A DNA stretch of 64,000 nucleotides, taken from the NCBI GenBank assembly GCA_964617735.1, contig CAZTXT010000001.1, forward strand, positions 12,260 through 76,259. The letters are read 5' to 3'. A program made the position numbers and the translations under genes. The notes beneath the pieces are model-generated. The model did no database searches and was not told where the DNA came from. It saw only the letters and a list, made by a program, of their open reading frames with translations. Below, one piece after another: positions 30,201 to 37,809 of this stretch. The DNA is from an uncultured Candidatus Saccharibacteria bacterium (GTDB lineage: Bacteria > Patescibacteriota > Minisyncoccia > Phycocordibacterales > DSPV01). Position 1 is the stretch's first letter. The number at the start of each line of letters is the position of its first letter.

Positions 30201-30706
30201 ACGATATTCCAGAGTGACTCGATATACTGCGGTTGGTAAGTGATGTACGGATTTTTAAGATCAACCCAGTAGCCGATACGATTGGTGAAATCAGTCCACT
30301 CATTCACATGTTTCCAAACACTCACACGGCAATGCTCGTTGAACTCGGCGATACCGTATTTCTCGATTTCTTTTTTTGATTTGAGCCCGAGCTCTTTTTC
30401 AACCTGGAGCTCCACCGGAAGCCCATGCGTATCCCACCCGCCCTTGCGAGGGACTCGGTAGCCGCGCATCGTCTTGTAGCGAGGAATCGCATCTTTGAAT
30501 GCCCGCGCCTCGAGGTGATGGATGCCAGGCTTTGCATTTGCCGTCGGCGGCCCTTCGTAGAAAACGAATTCTTTACCACCGTTGTTTTTCTCCAGTGACT
30601 TCTCAAAAATCCCCTCTTTCTGCCAGAAGGCTAGTATTTCCTCTTCCTGCTGAACAAGTTTATTTTTTGGCTTTTCATCCATAAAAAAATGCCAGAATGG
30701 AGCCAT
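27275..30706 (-). CDS. ileS: isoleucine--tRNA ligase carrying an inserted histidine-phosphatase (PGAM-family) domain
   Basis: IleRS hallmarks: HIGH-like PGIHH, editing-domain WTTTPWTLPGN and GTGIVHIAPMYGQDDFELG, YPFCWRCHTPLIY, DLHRPYID...WFDSGAMPF, KMSKSLGN. Between the CGKC zinc-knuckle and DLHRPYID, where family members have ~30 aa, lies a ~200-aa block with LVRHAE, SSPFQRTRETA, ERLREMGVGELEG and SHDG. Start taken at MAPFWHFFMDEKPKNK (30706) or MDEK (30682); the upstream 85 codons of the computed ORF are not protein-like. Confidence 0.85.
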   Translation of the reverse strand: MAPFWHFFMDEKPKNKLVQQEEEILAFWQKEGIFEKSLEKNNGGKEFVFYEGPPTANAKPGIHHLEARAFKDAIPRYKTMRGYRVPRKGGWDTHGLPVELQVEKELGLKSKKEIEKYGIAEFNEHCRVSVWKHVNEWTDFTNRIGYWVDLKNPYITYQPQYIESLWNIVKHVHGKGLLYKDYKVVPWCPRCGTALSSHELAQGYEDVKDLSVYVKFKVVGKDNTYLLAWTTTPWTLPGNVALAVGAKIEYTEVELEETKERLILATKRLSVLKDKKYKVFKVFASGEDLVGGQYEPIYPFMKTNGTACKVYAADFVTTADGTGIVHIAPMYGQDDFELGTKVGLPKQHLVKDDGTFKEETGFLAGKFVKDPETDVAIIKDLAGRGLLFDKEKYQHSYPFCWRCHTPLIYFARDSWYIKMSALKDKLVAENQTINWEPSYIKDGRFGEWLREIKDWAISRERYWGTPLPVWKCGKCHREKVAGSVADIEGKSDGAHFYLVRHAEAKNNVERVLNSDRSQAYSLTEQGIEQAKATGEVLARQHIDVIFSSPFQRTRETAGIIAERLGIPQEKIVFDERLREMGVGELEGMPSAELSNLFINRSEDFYQNARGIEGRLQIKARVASFLQEVDAAYAGKNVLIVSHDGPLWMMTSAAEGFDVSQSLAVRPKGKLFMQNSAIKELKWRRIPRNRNFELDLHRPYIDAVKLVCDHCGGEMERVKEVMDVWFDSGAMPFAEEHYPFENRERIDSSFFHKAQGYPADFISEAIDQTRGWFYTLHAVGILMGKGKAYKNVICLGHILDAQGKKMSKSLGNTVDPWLAIEKYGADPLRFWMYSVNQPGEAKNFDERTVDEVVKKVFNLAANVLSFYLLYAPEDKKTASIPSPVDVLDRWILARLSELTLEVTKRLDAFQLLEPTRAIREFIEDLSQWYLRRSRERIKGDDEKDKAAALATLREILIGLSKLMAPFTPFFAEYLYKNAGGARESVHLEDWPEAKRVDQSVIADMKVVRDIVSRALETRAKTKINVRQPLAKLTIKTKVSAPELILDEVNVKEIVVDAKLATDVELDTAITPALKREGDLREAIRTIQELRKQKGLKPGQSAILSTSSSVAATGLLQEFESEIKKSASLSKINHGVLSSGDFELK

Positions 30707-30734
30707 TCTAGCATTTTGAACATGTTTTTGAAAT

Positions 30735-31067
30735 TTACCCGTTGAGGTGGCGGAAAGTCGAGACAACGTGTTGCCACGCAATGAGGTTAGCGACAAACGG
30801 TATCGCGACCTGATGTGTGAGCAAGCCTTCGAGGTCTCTGACCTGATCGAGGGCAGACTTGAAGGTGCTGATGAGTATCGAATACTCATCCAACTGTTCG
30901 CTGTTGAGCTTTGCGCACAGCTCGCTATCGTCCTCCTTGGCAAATCTAACCGCATTATCATAAGCGACGCTAAGTTGCTGCTCTCGCTCGGTTTCGGAGA
31001 GTCTCAAGAATTTTCTTGAGAAAACCTCGGTGATTATCTGTGGATTCGTAATATCAAGAGTATTCAT
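30735..31067 (-). CDS. hypothetical protein (~110 aa)
   Basis: Start taken at MNTLDITNPQ; the upstream part of the computed ORF overlaps a strongly structured non-coding element. Confidence 0.4.
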   Translation of the reverse strand: MNTLDITNPQIITEVFSRKFLRLSETEREQQLSVAYDNAVRFAKEDDSELCAKLNSEQLDEYSILISTFKSALDQVRDLEGLLTHQVAIPFVANLIAWQHVVSTFRHLNG

Positions 31068-31123
31068 TATGGAGACCTTTCTGATGACAAGGTTACTCTG
31101 CGGAATTAATTTGTCAAAACACG

Positions 31124-31242
31124 AATCCGCTGAAAATCGATGAGGTGCGAGGCGCGGGCGAGAAGAGAAGTGAGCCATAGGAAACCTATGGTGAACGAGC
31201 ATCTCAGCCCGCAACAAAGCAGGTCGCGATTTTCAGCGGATT
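31124..31242. ncRNA. candidate structured RNA (~120 nt; closing 16-bp perfect helix, internal GC helices and apical hairpin). Class undetermined: small SRP-like RNA, sRNA or cis-regulatory leader.
   Basis: AATCCGCTGAAAATCG ... CGATTTTCAGCGGATT pairs perfectly across ~85 nt; internal GCGGGCGAGA/TCTCAGCCCGC helix and CCATAGG-aaa-CCTATGG hairpin. Sits 3 nt after the argS stop and upstream of ileS on the minus strand. Confidence 0.4.
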
Positions 31243-31245
31243 TTG

Positions 31246-32967
31246 CTACATCTTCTCCGGAACCTTGATACCCAGAAGCCACAACCCGTTGGTCATCACG
31301 GTTTTGAAGCTTCTGGTGAGCGCAACACGATACGGAGCGGTTTTTTCTTTCGCATCGGCGATCTGACGCTCGCCATAGTAGCGATTGAAGGCGGATGAGA
31401 GCTCGAGGAGATAGGTTGCGATGATATTCGGAGAAAGTTCACTCGCTGCGCGCGCTACGATGTCGGGGAAATGGGCGATGAGCCGCTCGACATCGGAGAT
31501 CGGCTCGAGAGCGGCGAGCGCGGCTGTCGCGCTCGCCGCGACCTTCGCCTCCTGTGCTTTTTTAAGGACCGACTGCGCCCGCGTCGCTGCGTACTGCAGA
31601 TACGGTCCCGAGTCGCCCTCAAGCGAAACTGATTTCTCAAAATCAAACACGATATCGCTGCCGATGGACTGTTTCAAGATGAAATACTTGAGCGCAGCGA
31701 TGCTCACCTGCTCGGTTATCTCCTCTTTTTCTGTATCGCTATATCCTCGGTCCACAATCTTTTCGCGCACTAAGTCAGAGATGCGCGCGATGAGCGCATC
31801 GGCAGTGATAATGTCGCCGCTGCGCGACGACATCTTTCCTGATGGCAGACGGAGCATCCCATGCGAGATGTGAACGGTCTTCTCCGCGAGCTTGGGAAGA
31901 ACCAGCTTCATGGCGGCTAAGAGAACTCGGAAATAATCGTTGACTTCATTGCCAGTCACGACGACCGAGCGGTCATATTTCCATTGCTCATATTTCATCT
32001 CTGCAAGGCCGAGTTCCTTTGCCTCGTAGGTCGGTATGCCCTGCGAGTTGATGAACACGCGGGTGTGCAGCTTAGGATCGTGTTTCTGTGCGTGAAAGAC
32101 CACGGCGCCGTCGCTCTTCTCGAAAATCTTCTTCTTGAGGCCTTCGTTGACAACCTTCATCCCCGTCGGGCCAGCCTCGCTTTCGAAGAAATAGAAATCG
32201 AACTTCGTGTCGAGGCGTTTATATTGCATCTCAAAATAGTCGAGTGAGACTTTCCGACCCCAGTCATAGAACGTATTGACCTCGCTATCGCTCCTCTCGT
32301 AGATCTTATGATTGAGCTTCTCGATATCTTCTTTATGGCCGTCTTCGTACGCCGCCGCGCCGAGCGCATACGCATGCCCGAGATAGCGCGCCTGCGCCTC
32401 AAGTCCCAGATTCTTTAAAGGGCTCTTGTCGCGATTCGGAACGCTCTGCATTCCCCAGATGGCTTTCGCAACATGAAGGCCAACATCGCCCTGATAGCAC
32501 GCTCGCTTAACATCTACTCCTTGTGCCTGAAAAAGTCTCGAGACCGATTCGCCGATTGTATTACTCATCAAATGGCCAATGTGAAATTCTTTGAAGGGGT
32601 TGGGGTCGGTGTACTCGACCATCACTTTCTCCTTTTTATCCGCTGTGCTCCAGCCAAAGTCTTTATTGTTCACTGCTTCGGCCAAGATTTCCGAGAAGTA
32701 TTCGCGCGTCAAGAATATATTGATGAATCCGGGCCCGGCGACCTCTACAGCGGCAACGCCGGCGATGTTCGCCGCGCGAATATCGCCGGCGATTTCCTCC
32801 GCAAGTTTTTTTGGGTTTGTTTTAAGAGTCTTTGCAGCAGTGAGCCCTACGTTCGTCGTTAAATCGCCGTTTACAAGATCTTCCGGCCGCTCGACGGAAA
32901 AACCAACAGAACCCGCACCCCGTGCGGACAGTATTTTCTGCAAGACCCTTTCAATAGTTTGTTTCAT
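31246..32967 (-). CDS. argS: arginine--tRNA ligase
   Basis: HIGH motif FHIGHLMSNTIG, KMSK-like MSSRSGD, C-terminal DALR anticodon-binding domain (...YLLELSSAFNRYY); 573 aa. Confidence 0.95.
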   Translation of the reverse strand: MKQTIERVLQKILSARGAGSVGFSVERPEDLVNGDLTTNVGLTAAKTLKTNPKKLAEEIAGDIRAANIAGVAAVEVAGPGFINIFLTREYFSEILAEAVNNKDFGWSTADKKEKVMVEYTDPNPFKEFHIGHLMSNTIGESVSRLFQAQGVDVKRACYQGDVGLHVAKAIWGMQSVPNRDKSPLKNLGLEAQARYLGHAYALGAAAYEDGHKEDIEKLNHKIYERSDSEVNTFYDWGRKVSLDYFEMQYKRLDTKFDFYFFESEAGPTGMKVVNEGLKKKIFEKSDGAVVFHAQKHDPKLHTRVFINSQGIPTYEAKELGLAEMKYEQWKYDRSVVVTGNEVNDYFRVLLAAMKLVLPKLAEKTVHISHGMLRLPSGKMSSRSGDIITADALIARISDLVREKIVDRGYSDTEKEEITEQVSIAALKYFILKQSIGSDIVFDFEKSVSLEGDSGPYLQYAATRAQSVLKKAQEAKVAASATAALAALEPISDVERLIAHFPDIVARAASELSPNIIATYLLELSSAFNRYYGERQIADAKEKTAPYRVALTRSFKTVMTNGLWLLGIKVPEKM

Positions 32968-33629
32968 AAGAGGATTTTCTGAACAGCCGCATACACGAGT
33001 TCGTGCACCTCGGGAATAGAGAGAAGTTTTCCGTTACGCTCACAATCAACCCGATGCCAGAAACTCTCTCTTGAGAGCATATATTTGCCGGCATCTTTCG
33101 AATTCTTGAGATACTCGAAATTCGAGTCTGCAGAATCGCGTATGCCTTCCCGTCTCGAAATAAGCTCAAGCGAGTGCTCATAGGACATATCCAGGTAGAT
33201 TATCGCATCGGGCTTTAATACGCCGAGTGTCCCGTACTCCATTGATTCGAGCCAGTTGAGGAATCGCGCGCGCTTCTTGTCATCGCGTATCTTTCCCCCT
33301 TGATGGATCTGATTGGAAGACACGTACCGATCGGCCACGACGATTTTCCCCGCATCGAGCCACTCTTTGATCCGTGGAACCGTCTCGAACCGGTCGCAGG
33401 CATATAAAACAGAGGTGATCTTCGGATCAAGCGAGATGAAATCGCCGCGTTTACCATCGAGACATTCACGGATAAGACCGCCGAAAAGATTCTTCTCATA
33501 TTGAGGAAAGCGGATGGACTCGGCAGGAATATGCTCTTTCTTGAATCGAAGAAGAAGCGCTTCAGTTTGAGTCGTTTTCCCTGATCCGTCCGTTCCCTCG
33601 ATCACGATGAACTTTCCTTTCCCCTTCAT
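32964..33629 (-). CDS. tmk: thymidylate kinase
   Basis: P-loop FIVIEGTDGSGKTTQ, DRY motif, LID region; 221 aa. Confidence 0.9.
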   Translation of the reverse strand: MKGKGKFIVIEGTDGSGKTTQTEALLLRFKKEHIPAESIRFPQYEKNLFGGLIRECLDGKRGDFISLDPKITSVLYACDRFETVPRIKEWLDAGKIVVADRYVSSNQIHQGGKIRDDKKRARFLNWLESMEYGTLGVLKPDAIIYLDMSYEHSLELISRREGIRDSADSNFEYLKNSKDAGKYMLSRESFWHRVDCERNGKLLSIPEVHELVYAAVQKILL

Positions 33630-33650
33630 GCCGACATAGTAACAAACCAG

Positions 33651-34358
33651 CTACTTTTCGGCGAGTAACTCTTTAAGAAACACCAATGTCTCGTCGGGGT
33701 TTTTCACCGGATGCGTATCGATTACTCCGAGCACCGTGTCGTCGTTGCCGCCCGGGAAAAGCCTATCCCCGACATAGACGCATGCTGCTTTGTTCCAACC
33801 CTTTTGCTCGATCAACTGCGCAACATTGTAGCCTTTATTCTTGCCTTTGGGAGAATAGTCGAAGGTCGTCGTACCCCCGATCTTTACTTCCACGGTCTTT
33901 GAATTGAACGGGTGCTCGGCGAGCATCGTCGCGCGCCTCTTAGTATCGGGATCGAACGCCTCCTTTTTCTCTACATCCTCATTGTGACCCAAGAGACTAT
34001 AGGAGATCTGACTTCCTCGATCCTGCACCAAGTCGTCCTCATTGGAGACCTCCCACGTCCTCGGGATCGAAAGTATGTGCTTCCAAATCTCTTCTTTCTC
34101 GTCGGCAGAAAGGTCGCGGCGCCACAGCTCTTCTCCGGAAACCACATCGACGGCATGATTGCCGTTTTGGCAGAGATAGAGACAGGGAAAGCCTTCGGTT
34201 TGTTTTTCGATCAACTCTTTGGTTTGGCCGGAAACGATGATGACATCCCTGCCGCTTTTCTGCAGGGCACCGAGCGTCTCGCGCATCTCTTTGGTGATAA
34301 GCGACTTCGCTCGCGTGACCGTCCCATCCATGTCAAAAAATAAGTGAGTATAGCGCAT
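33651..34358 (-). CDS. phosphomannomutase, eukaryotic PMM/Sec53 type (HAD-IIB)
   Basis: LFFDMDGTVTRAKSLITKEM closely parallels PMM LFDVDGTLT...KITKEM; C-terminal GWNKAACVYVGDRLFPGGNDD parallels GWDKRYCL...FGDKTMPGGNDHE. Confidence 0.65.
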   Translation of the reverse strand: MRYTHLFFDMDGTVTRAKSLITKEMRETLGALQKSGRDVIIVSGQTKELIEKQTEGFPCLYLCQNGNHAVDVVSGEELWRRDLSADEKEEIWKHILSIPRTWEVSNEDDLVQDRGSQISYSLLGHNEDVEKKEAFDPDTKRRATMLAEHPFNSKTVEVKIGGTTTFDYSPKGKNKGYNVAQLIEQKGWNKAACVYVGDRLFPGGNDDTVLGVIDTHPVKNPDETLVFLKELLAEK

Positions 34359-35530
34359 TAGTGGTTACGTAAGATTGTATCGATACTCCGTGCAATGGCG
34401 ATGAAGTCTTCCTCCTTTTTACCGCGGGTCGTTTCCGCCGGTGTTCCCAGGCGGATGCCCGAGGGATCAGCCGGATTACGAGTGTCGAACGGGATCGCAT
34501 TTTTATTGACAATGATACCCGCGGTTTCAAGCAATGCGCTGGCATCCTTGCCACCCATGCCGATCGTGCCGAAAACGTCCACTAAAAGCAGATGCGTATC
34601 GGTGCCGCCCGAGACCAGCCGCCACCCCAGTTTCTGAAGGTTTTCCGCAAGCACTGCCGCATTTTTGATGACTTGCAGGGCGTATTTTTTAAATGCCGAC
34701 GTGTCGGCTTCTTTGAGCGCCACCGCGACCGCAGCGATCTGATTGGCATGCGGACCTCCCTGAAGGCCGGGGAACACGGCCTTGTCTATTTTTTTGTAAA
34801 GCTCACGGGTGTCAATGCGCGAGAAGATCATCGCCGCGCGCGGGCCGCGAAGCGTTTTGTGGACCGTGGTTGTGACCACATCCGCATACTCAAACGGCGA
34901 CGGGTAGACACCGCCCGCAACGAGGCCTGCGAAATGGGACATGTCCACCATTAAAATCGCCCCGCATGCATCGGCGATCGCCCTGAACTTTTTGAAATCA
35001 ACAATGCGCGGATAGGCAGTAAATCCTGCGACGATAATCGCAGGTTTCTCGGCAAGTGCGATCTCACTTAAATTCTCATAATCAAGCAGTTCGGTCTTCT
35101 TGTTCACCCCATACGGCACTTGCGTCCAGAATTTTCCGGTTGCCGAGACTTTGTGTCCATGTGTCAGATGCCCGCCGTGGTCAAGTGACATGCCCATGAT
35201 CTTTCCGCCGAGGGGCACGAGCGCGGTGTAGACCGCGAGGTTCGCCGGAGAGCCGGAGAGTGGCTGGACATTCACATGCCACTTGCCGAGCGAGAGGTTG
35301 AAGAGTTTGAGCGCGCGATTTTTCGCGAGCGTCTCGATCTTGTCTATGATCTGGTTGCCACCGTAGTAGCGAAAGCCCGAATATCCTTCTGAATATTTAT
35401 TCGTCAGTTCCGAACCCAGTGCCTCCAGTACGTCTTTGGAGACATAATTCTCGGACGCGATGAGATTGATAACTTTCTTCTGCCGCGCTTTCTCCGCGGC
35501 AATGAGTTTTTTGATTTGAGAATCCTTCAT
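34358..35530 (-). CDS. glyA: serine hydroxymethyltransferase
   Basis: NLIASENYVS start region, PLP-lysine region TTTVHKTLRGPR; 390 aa. Confidence 0.95.
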   Translation of the reverse strand: MKDSQIKKLIAAEKARQKKVINLIASENYVSKDVLEALGSELTNKYSEGYSGFRYYGGNQIIDKIETLAKNRALKLFNLSLGKWHVNVQPLSGSPANLAVYTALVPLGGKIMGMSLDHGGHLTHGHKVSATGKFWTQVPYGVNKKTELLDYENLSEIALAEKPAIIVAGFTAYPRIVDFKKFRAIADACGAILMVDMSHFAGLVAGGVYPSPFEYADVVTTTVHKTLRGPRAAMIFSRIDTRELYKKIDKAVFPGLQGGPHANQIAAVAVALKEADTSAFKKYALQVIKNAAVLAENLQKLGWRLVSGGTDTHLLLVDVFGTIGMGGKDASALLETAGIIVNKNAIPFDTRNPADPSGIRLGTPAETTRGKKEEDFIAIARSIDTILRNH

Positions 35531-35595
35531 TGGAATAGGTTAAAAGGTAATCAGGTCAGCCGTTTTTGTGTGTACCTATACCATGAAAGTGTAAT

Positions 35596-35612
35596 AAAGG
35601 AATTATAGCAAT
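35596..35612 (-). promoter_or_regulatory. candidate extended -10 promoter for glyA
   Basis: Minus-strand TGcTATAAT ~65 nt upstream of the glyA start codon; weak -35. Confidence 0.3.
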
Positions 35613-35621
35613 TTTAAGAAT

Positions 35622-35665
35622 AAAAAAAAGGCCGGGCGTCGAGTCCCGAAGGATGCGCGCGGCCT
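35622..35665 (-). terminator. rho-independent terminator (minus strand) between the dCMP deaminase gene and the glyA promoter
   Basis: GGCCGGGCG...CGCGCGGCC GC-rich hairpin followed on the minus strand by T8. Confidence 0.55.
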
Positions 35666-35876
35666 TATAGTGAATGTAGCTCGTAGCTACTCGCTGGGTC
35701 GGCAGACCCATCTGTTTGCGGTGTTACCCGCATTGGCTCAAAGAACGTTTTTCTTTTGTACCGAAGATAATGCTACTCCTTCACTCCAGCCTCATCAAGA
35801 ATACATGTGCATAACTTTTTCATCTTTCTGAAGTTCTCGAATCACGTCTGATCTTTTCTGGCAAACTTTCAGGAGT

Positions 35877-36389
35877 TTAACGCGCGAACAAACGCTCGCT
35901 CCCCTCCAAGAGATACACGTCTCTGATGCCTGCCGCGATCATCGAATCCCAGCACGGCTTGCAGCACCACCAGTGGCCGTAGAGATAGATATCCGCACCG
36001 GAGAGATCTACGCCGGCCTTCTGCGCAGCGCGCACGAGACTGCTTTCCGCATGCTCTCGATGAGTCGAGCAGCCCGGGCAGACCCAGTAGGCCTTTCCCG
36101 TCGGGACATGGAGCATCTTTCTGATGCAGTAACGCTTATGCAATGCCAACAGTCTCGGATTTCGAAGGCGCGACTGATTTGCAGCGCGTGCGATTACCAC
36201 CGCGTCTTTGACCGCTACGCACCCCGTCGGATGGTTCGATTCTGTCGAAAGCGTATTGCGCACCCGCATAGCCTCCTGCATACAGGGGTCATCGGCAGAA
36301 ACATATTTGAAGGAACGATCATGCGGAAGATACGGATATTGAATTACCATATTGGCCAATTCTACATTATCTGAAAGATAATGGGGCAA
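35877..36389 (-). CDS. deoxycytidylate (dCMP) deaminase, ComEB-like
   Basis: Zinc ligands HAE (HREHAESSLV) and C-x-x-C (CKPC), GCVAVKDAVVIARAAN core; 170 aa. Confidence 0.8.
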   Translation of the reverse strand: MPHYLSDNVELANMVIQYPYLPHDRSFKYVSADDPCMQEAMRVRNTLSTESNHPTGCVAVKDAVVIARAANQSRLRNPRLLALHKRYCIRKMLHVPTGKAYWVCPGCSTHREHAESSLVRAAQKAGVDLSGADIYLYGHWWCCKPCWDSMIAAGIRDVYLLEGSERLFAR

Positions 36390-36460
36390 GGGGTCGGGAA
36401 AACGAGAGTTTCCCCATTGAAGGTGCTTCGCCTTCGATCAAGAGTTATACTGTCTGCAAC

Positions 36461-37297
36461 ATGACATGCTTCGACGAGCTCTATCAGGGTTTGGTGCGCG
36501 ATATCATGACAGAGGGCATTGACGAATATTCCGAGCGCACTAAGTACGGAACGAAAGCGCTGCCGGGAGCGCATTTCCAAACTGATCTTGAAACCGATGG
36601 ATTCCCAATCCTTACCTTGCGCAAAATCCCTCTGAAGATGTTCATCGCGGAGCAAGTCTGGTTCATCTCGGGACAGCGCAAGCCAGAAGTTTTTCTGCGC
36701 GACTTTACGAAGATTTGGGATAATTTCACCAATCCGCAGGATGTCGTGACGGTCGCGTATGGCTATCGCTGGCGCAAACATTTCGGCCGCGACCAGCTTA
36801 AACTTCTTATAGAGCTGTTGAAGAAAGAGCCGAGCTCGCGACAAGGAGTGGTGGTAACGTGGGACCCCGGTCAAGACGGACTCTCGCTCGCTAAAAAGAA
36901 AAATGTGCCTTGCCCCTATACGTTCACTGTTAATATCATCGGTGGACGGCTCCATCTCCACAACATCATCCGCTCGAACGATGTCATGCTCGGCGTCCCC
37001 GCCGACGTCAGCGGCTTTGCACTCCTCGCATACATTCTGGCGCAGCACCTCGGCGTGCGGCCCGGAATCTATTCTCACTCCATCTCAAACGCGCATATCT
37101 ATGAGAATCATTACGATGGCGCACGGGAGATCATGAAGCGAACGAACGACCATCCAAAAGTGACGCTCAAGCTCCCGAAGAACTCGTATGAACGCGCTGA
37201 GAAACTGGACAAAACGCTCGTGAACGAAATATTCGAGAACCTCTCTGCGCAATACAACCCGCTGGAAGCCATATCAGGACTAAAGATCGCGCTATGA
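36461..37297 (+). CDS. thyA: thymidylate synthase (ThyA) family enzyme with Asp at the Asn177 specificity position; predicted cytosine-nucleotide C5 methylase/hydroxymethylase or divergent ThyA
   Basis: Family motifs conserved: ERTKYGT, EQVWFISG, catalytic Cys in VPCPY (36911-36913), RSND, HIYENH. The segment LGVPADVSGFALL aligns gap-free with ThyA LGLPFNIASYALL, placing Asp (GAC 37004-37006) where TS has Asn177. Confidence 0.8.
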   Translation: MTCFDELYQGLVRDIMTEGIDEYSERTKYGTKALPGAHFQTDLETDGFPILTLRKIPLKMFIAEQVWFISGQRKPEVFLRDFTKIWDNFTNPQDVVTVAYGYRWRKHFGRDQLKLLIELLKKEPSSRQGVVVTWDPGQDGLSLAKKKNVPCPYTFTVNIIGGRLHLHNIIRSNDVMLGVPADVSGFALLAYILAQHLGVRPGIYSHSISNAHIYENHYDGAREIMKRTNDHPKVTLKLPKNSYERAEKLDKTLVNEIFENLSAQYNPLEAISGLKIAL

Positions 37298-37809
37298 TCC
37301 CTGCCTTTATTATCGCTGCAGTCTCGGCTGATGGATTCATCGCGCGAAACCCGGGCGAGAGTTCCATGGACTGGACTAGTGCCGCTGACAGGCAATTCTT
37401 TAGAGAAAGAACTAAGCAGGCGGGTGTGGTTGTGATGGGCTCGAAAACCTTCAAGACGATCGGTAAAGCGCTCCCCGGAAGAACCACGATCGTCTATTCA
37501 CGCCAGCCGAGAAATTATCTTGCCGGAGTCGAAGTAACCGACCAGGATCCGCAAACACTGCTCGCCGATCTAGAACGGCGGGGCTTTAAAGAAGTCGCTA
37601 TCTGCGGCGGCGCTTCTATCTATACCGCCTTCGCAAAAGCCGGATGTATAGAGAAGGCATACATCACGGTGGAACCGCATTTTTTTGGCGACGGTATCCG
37701 GCTCTTCAACGAAGCATTGGGCATCTCTCTCTCGCTCGCCGCAAGTAAACAACTCGCTCCCGATGTTTTACTATTAGAGTACAGCATCAAGCATGTCGGT
37801 ACTGACTAA
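37294..37809 (+). CDS. folA: dihydrofolate reductase
   Basis: MIPAFIIAAVSADGFIA..., VVMGSKTF, 171 aa; ATGA overlap with the thyA-like stop. Confidence 0.9.
   Translation: MIPAFIIAAVSADGFIARNPGESSMDWTSAADRQFFRERTKQAGVVVMGSKTFKTIGKALPGRTTIVYSRQPRNYLAGVEVTDQDPQTLLADLERRGFKEVAICGGASIYTAFAKAGCIEKAYITVEPHFFGDGIRLFNEALGISLSLAASKQLAPDVLLLEYSIKHVGTD

Noticed and set aside
30707-30961. 85-codon N-terminal extension of the ileS ORF
   Set aside because: Ser/Arg-rich low-complexity text upstream of the conserved IleRS N-terminus; the real start is at MAPFWHFF (30706) or MDEK (30682).
30962-31217. N-terminal 50 codons of the computed 160-aa ORF (MLRAEMLVHHRFPMAHFSSRPRLAPHRF...)
   Set aside because: Arg/His-rich and non-protein-like, and it covers a 16-bp perfect inverted repeat; treated as non-coding structured RNA, with the ORF start moved to 31067.
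35666-35876. Possible tRNA or sRNA in the 350-bp gap between glyA and the dCMP deaminase gene
   Set aside because: No T-loop/acceptor pairing could be folded; the gap is explained by a minus-strand terminator plus a candidate extended -10 glyA promoter.
36362-37078. 238-aa ORF on the minus strand
   Set aside because: Entirely antisense to the well-supported ThyA-family gene (36461..37297) and has no protein-like motifs; shadow ORF in GC-rich coding DNA.
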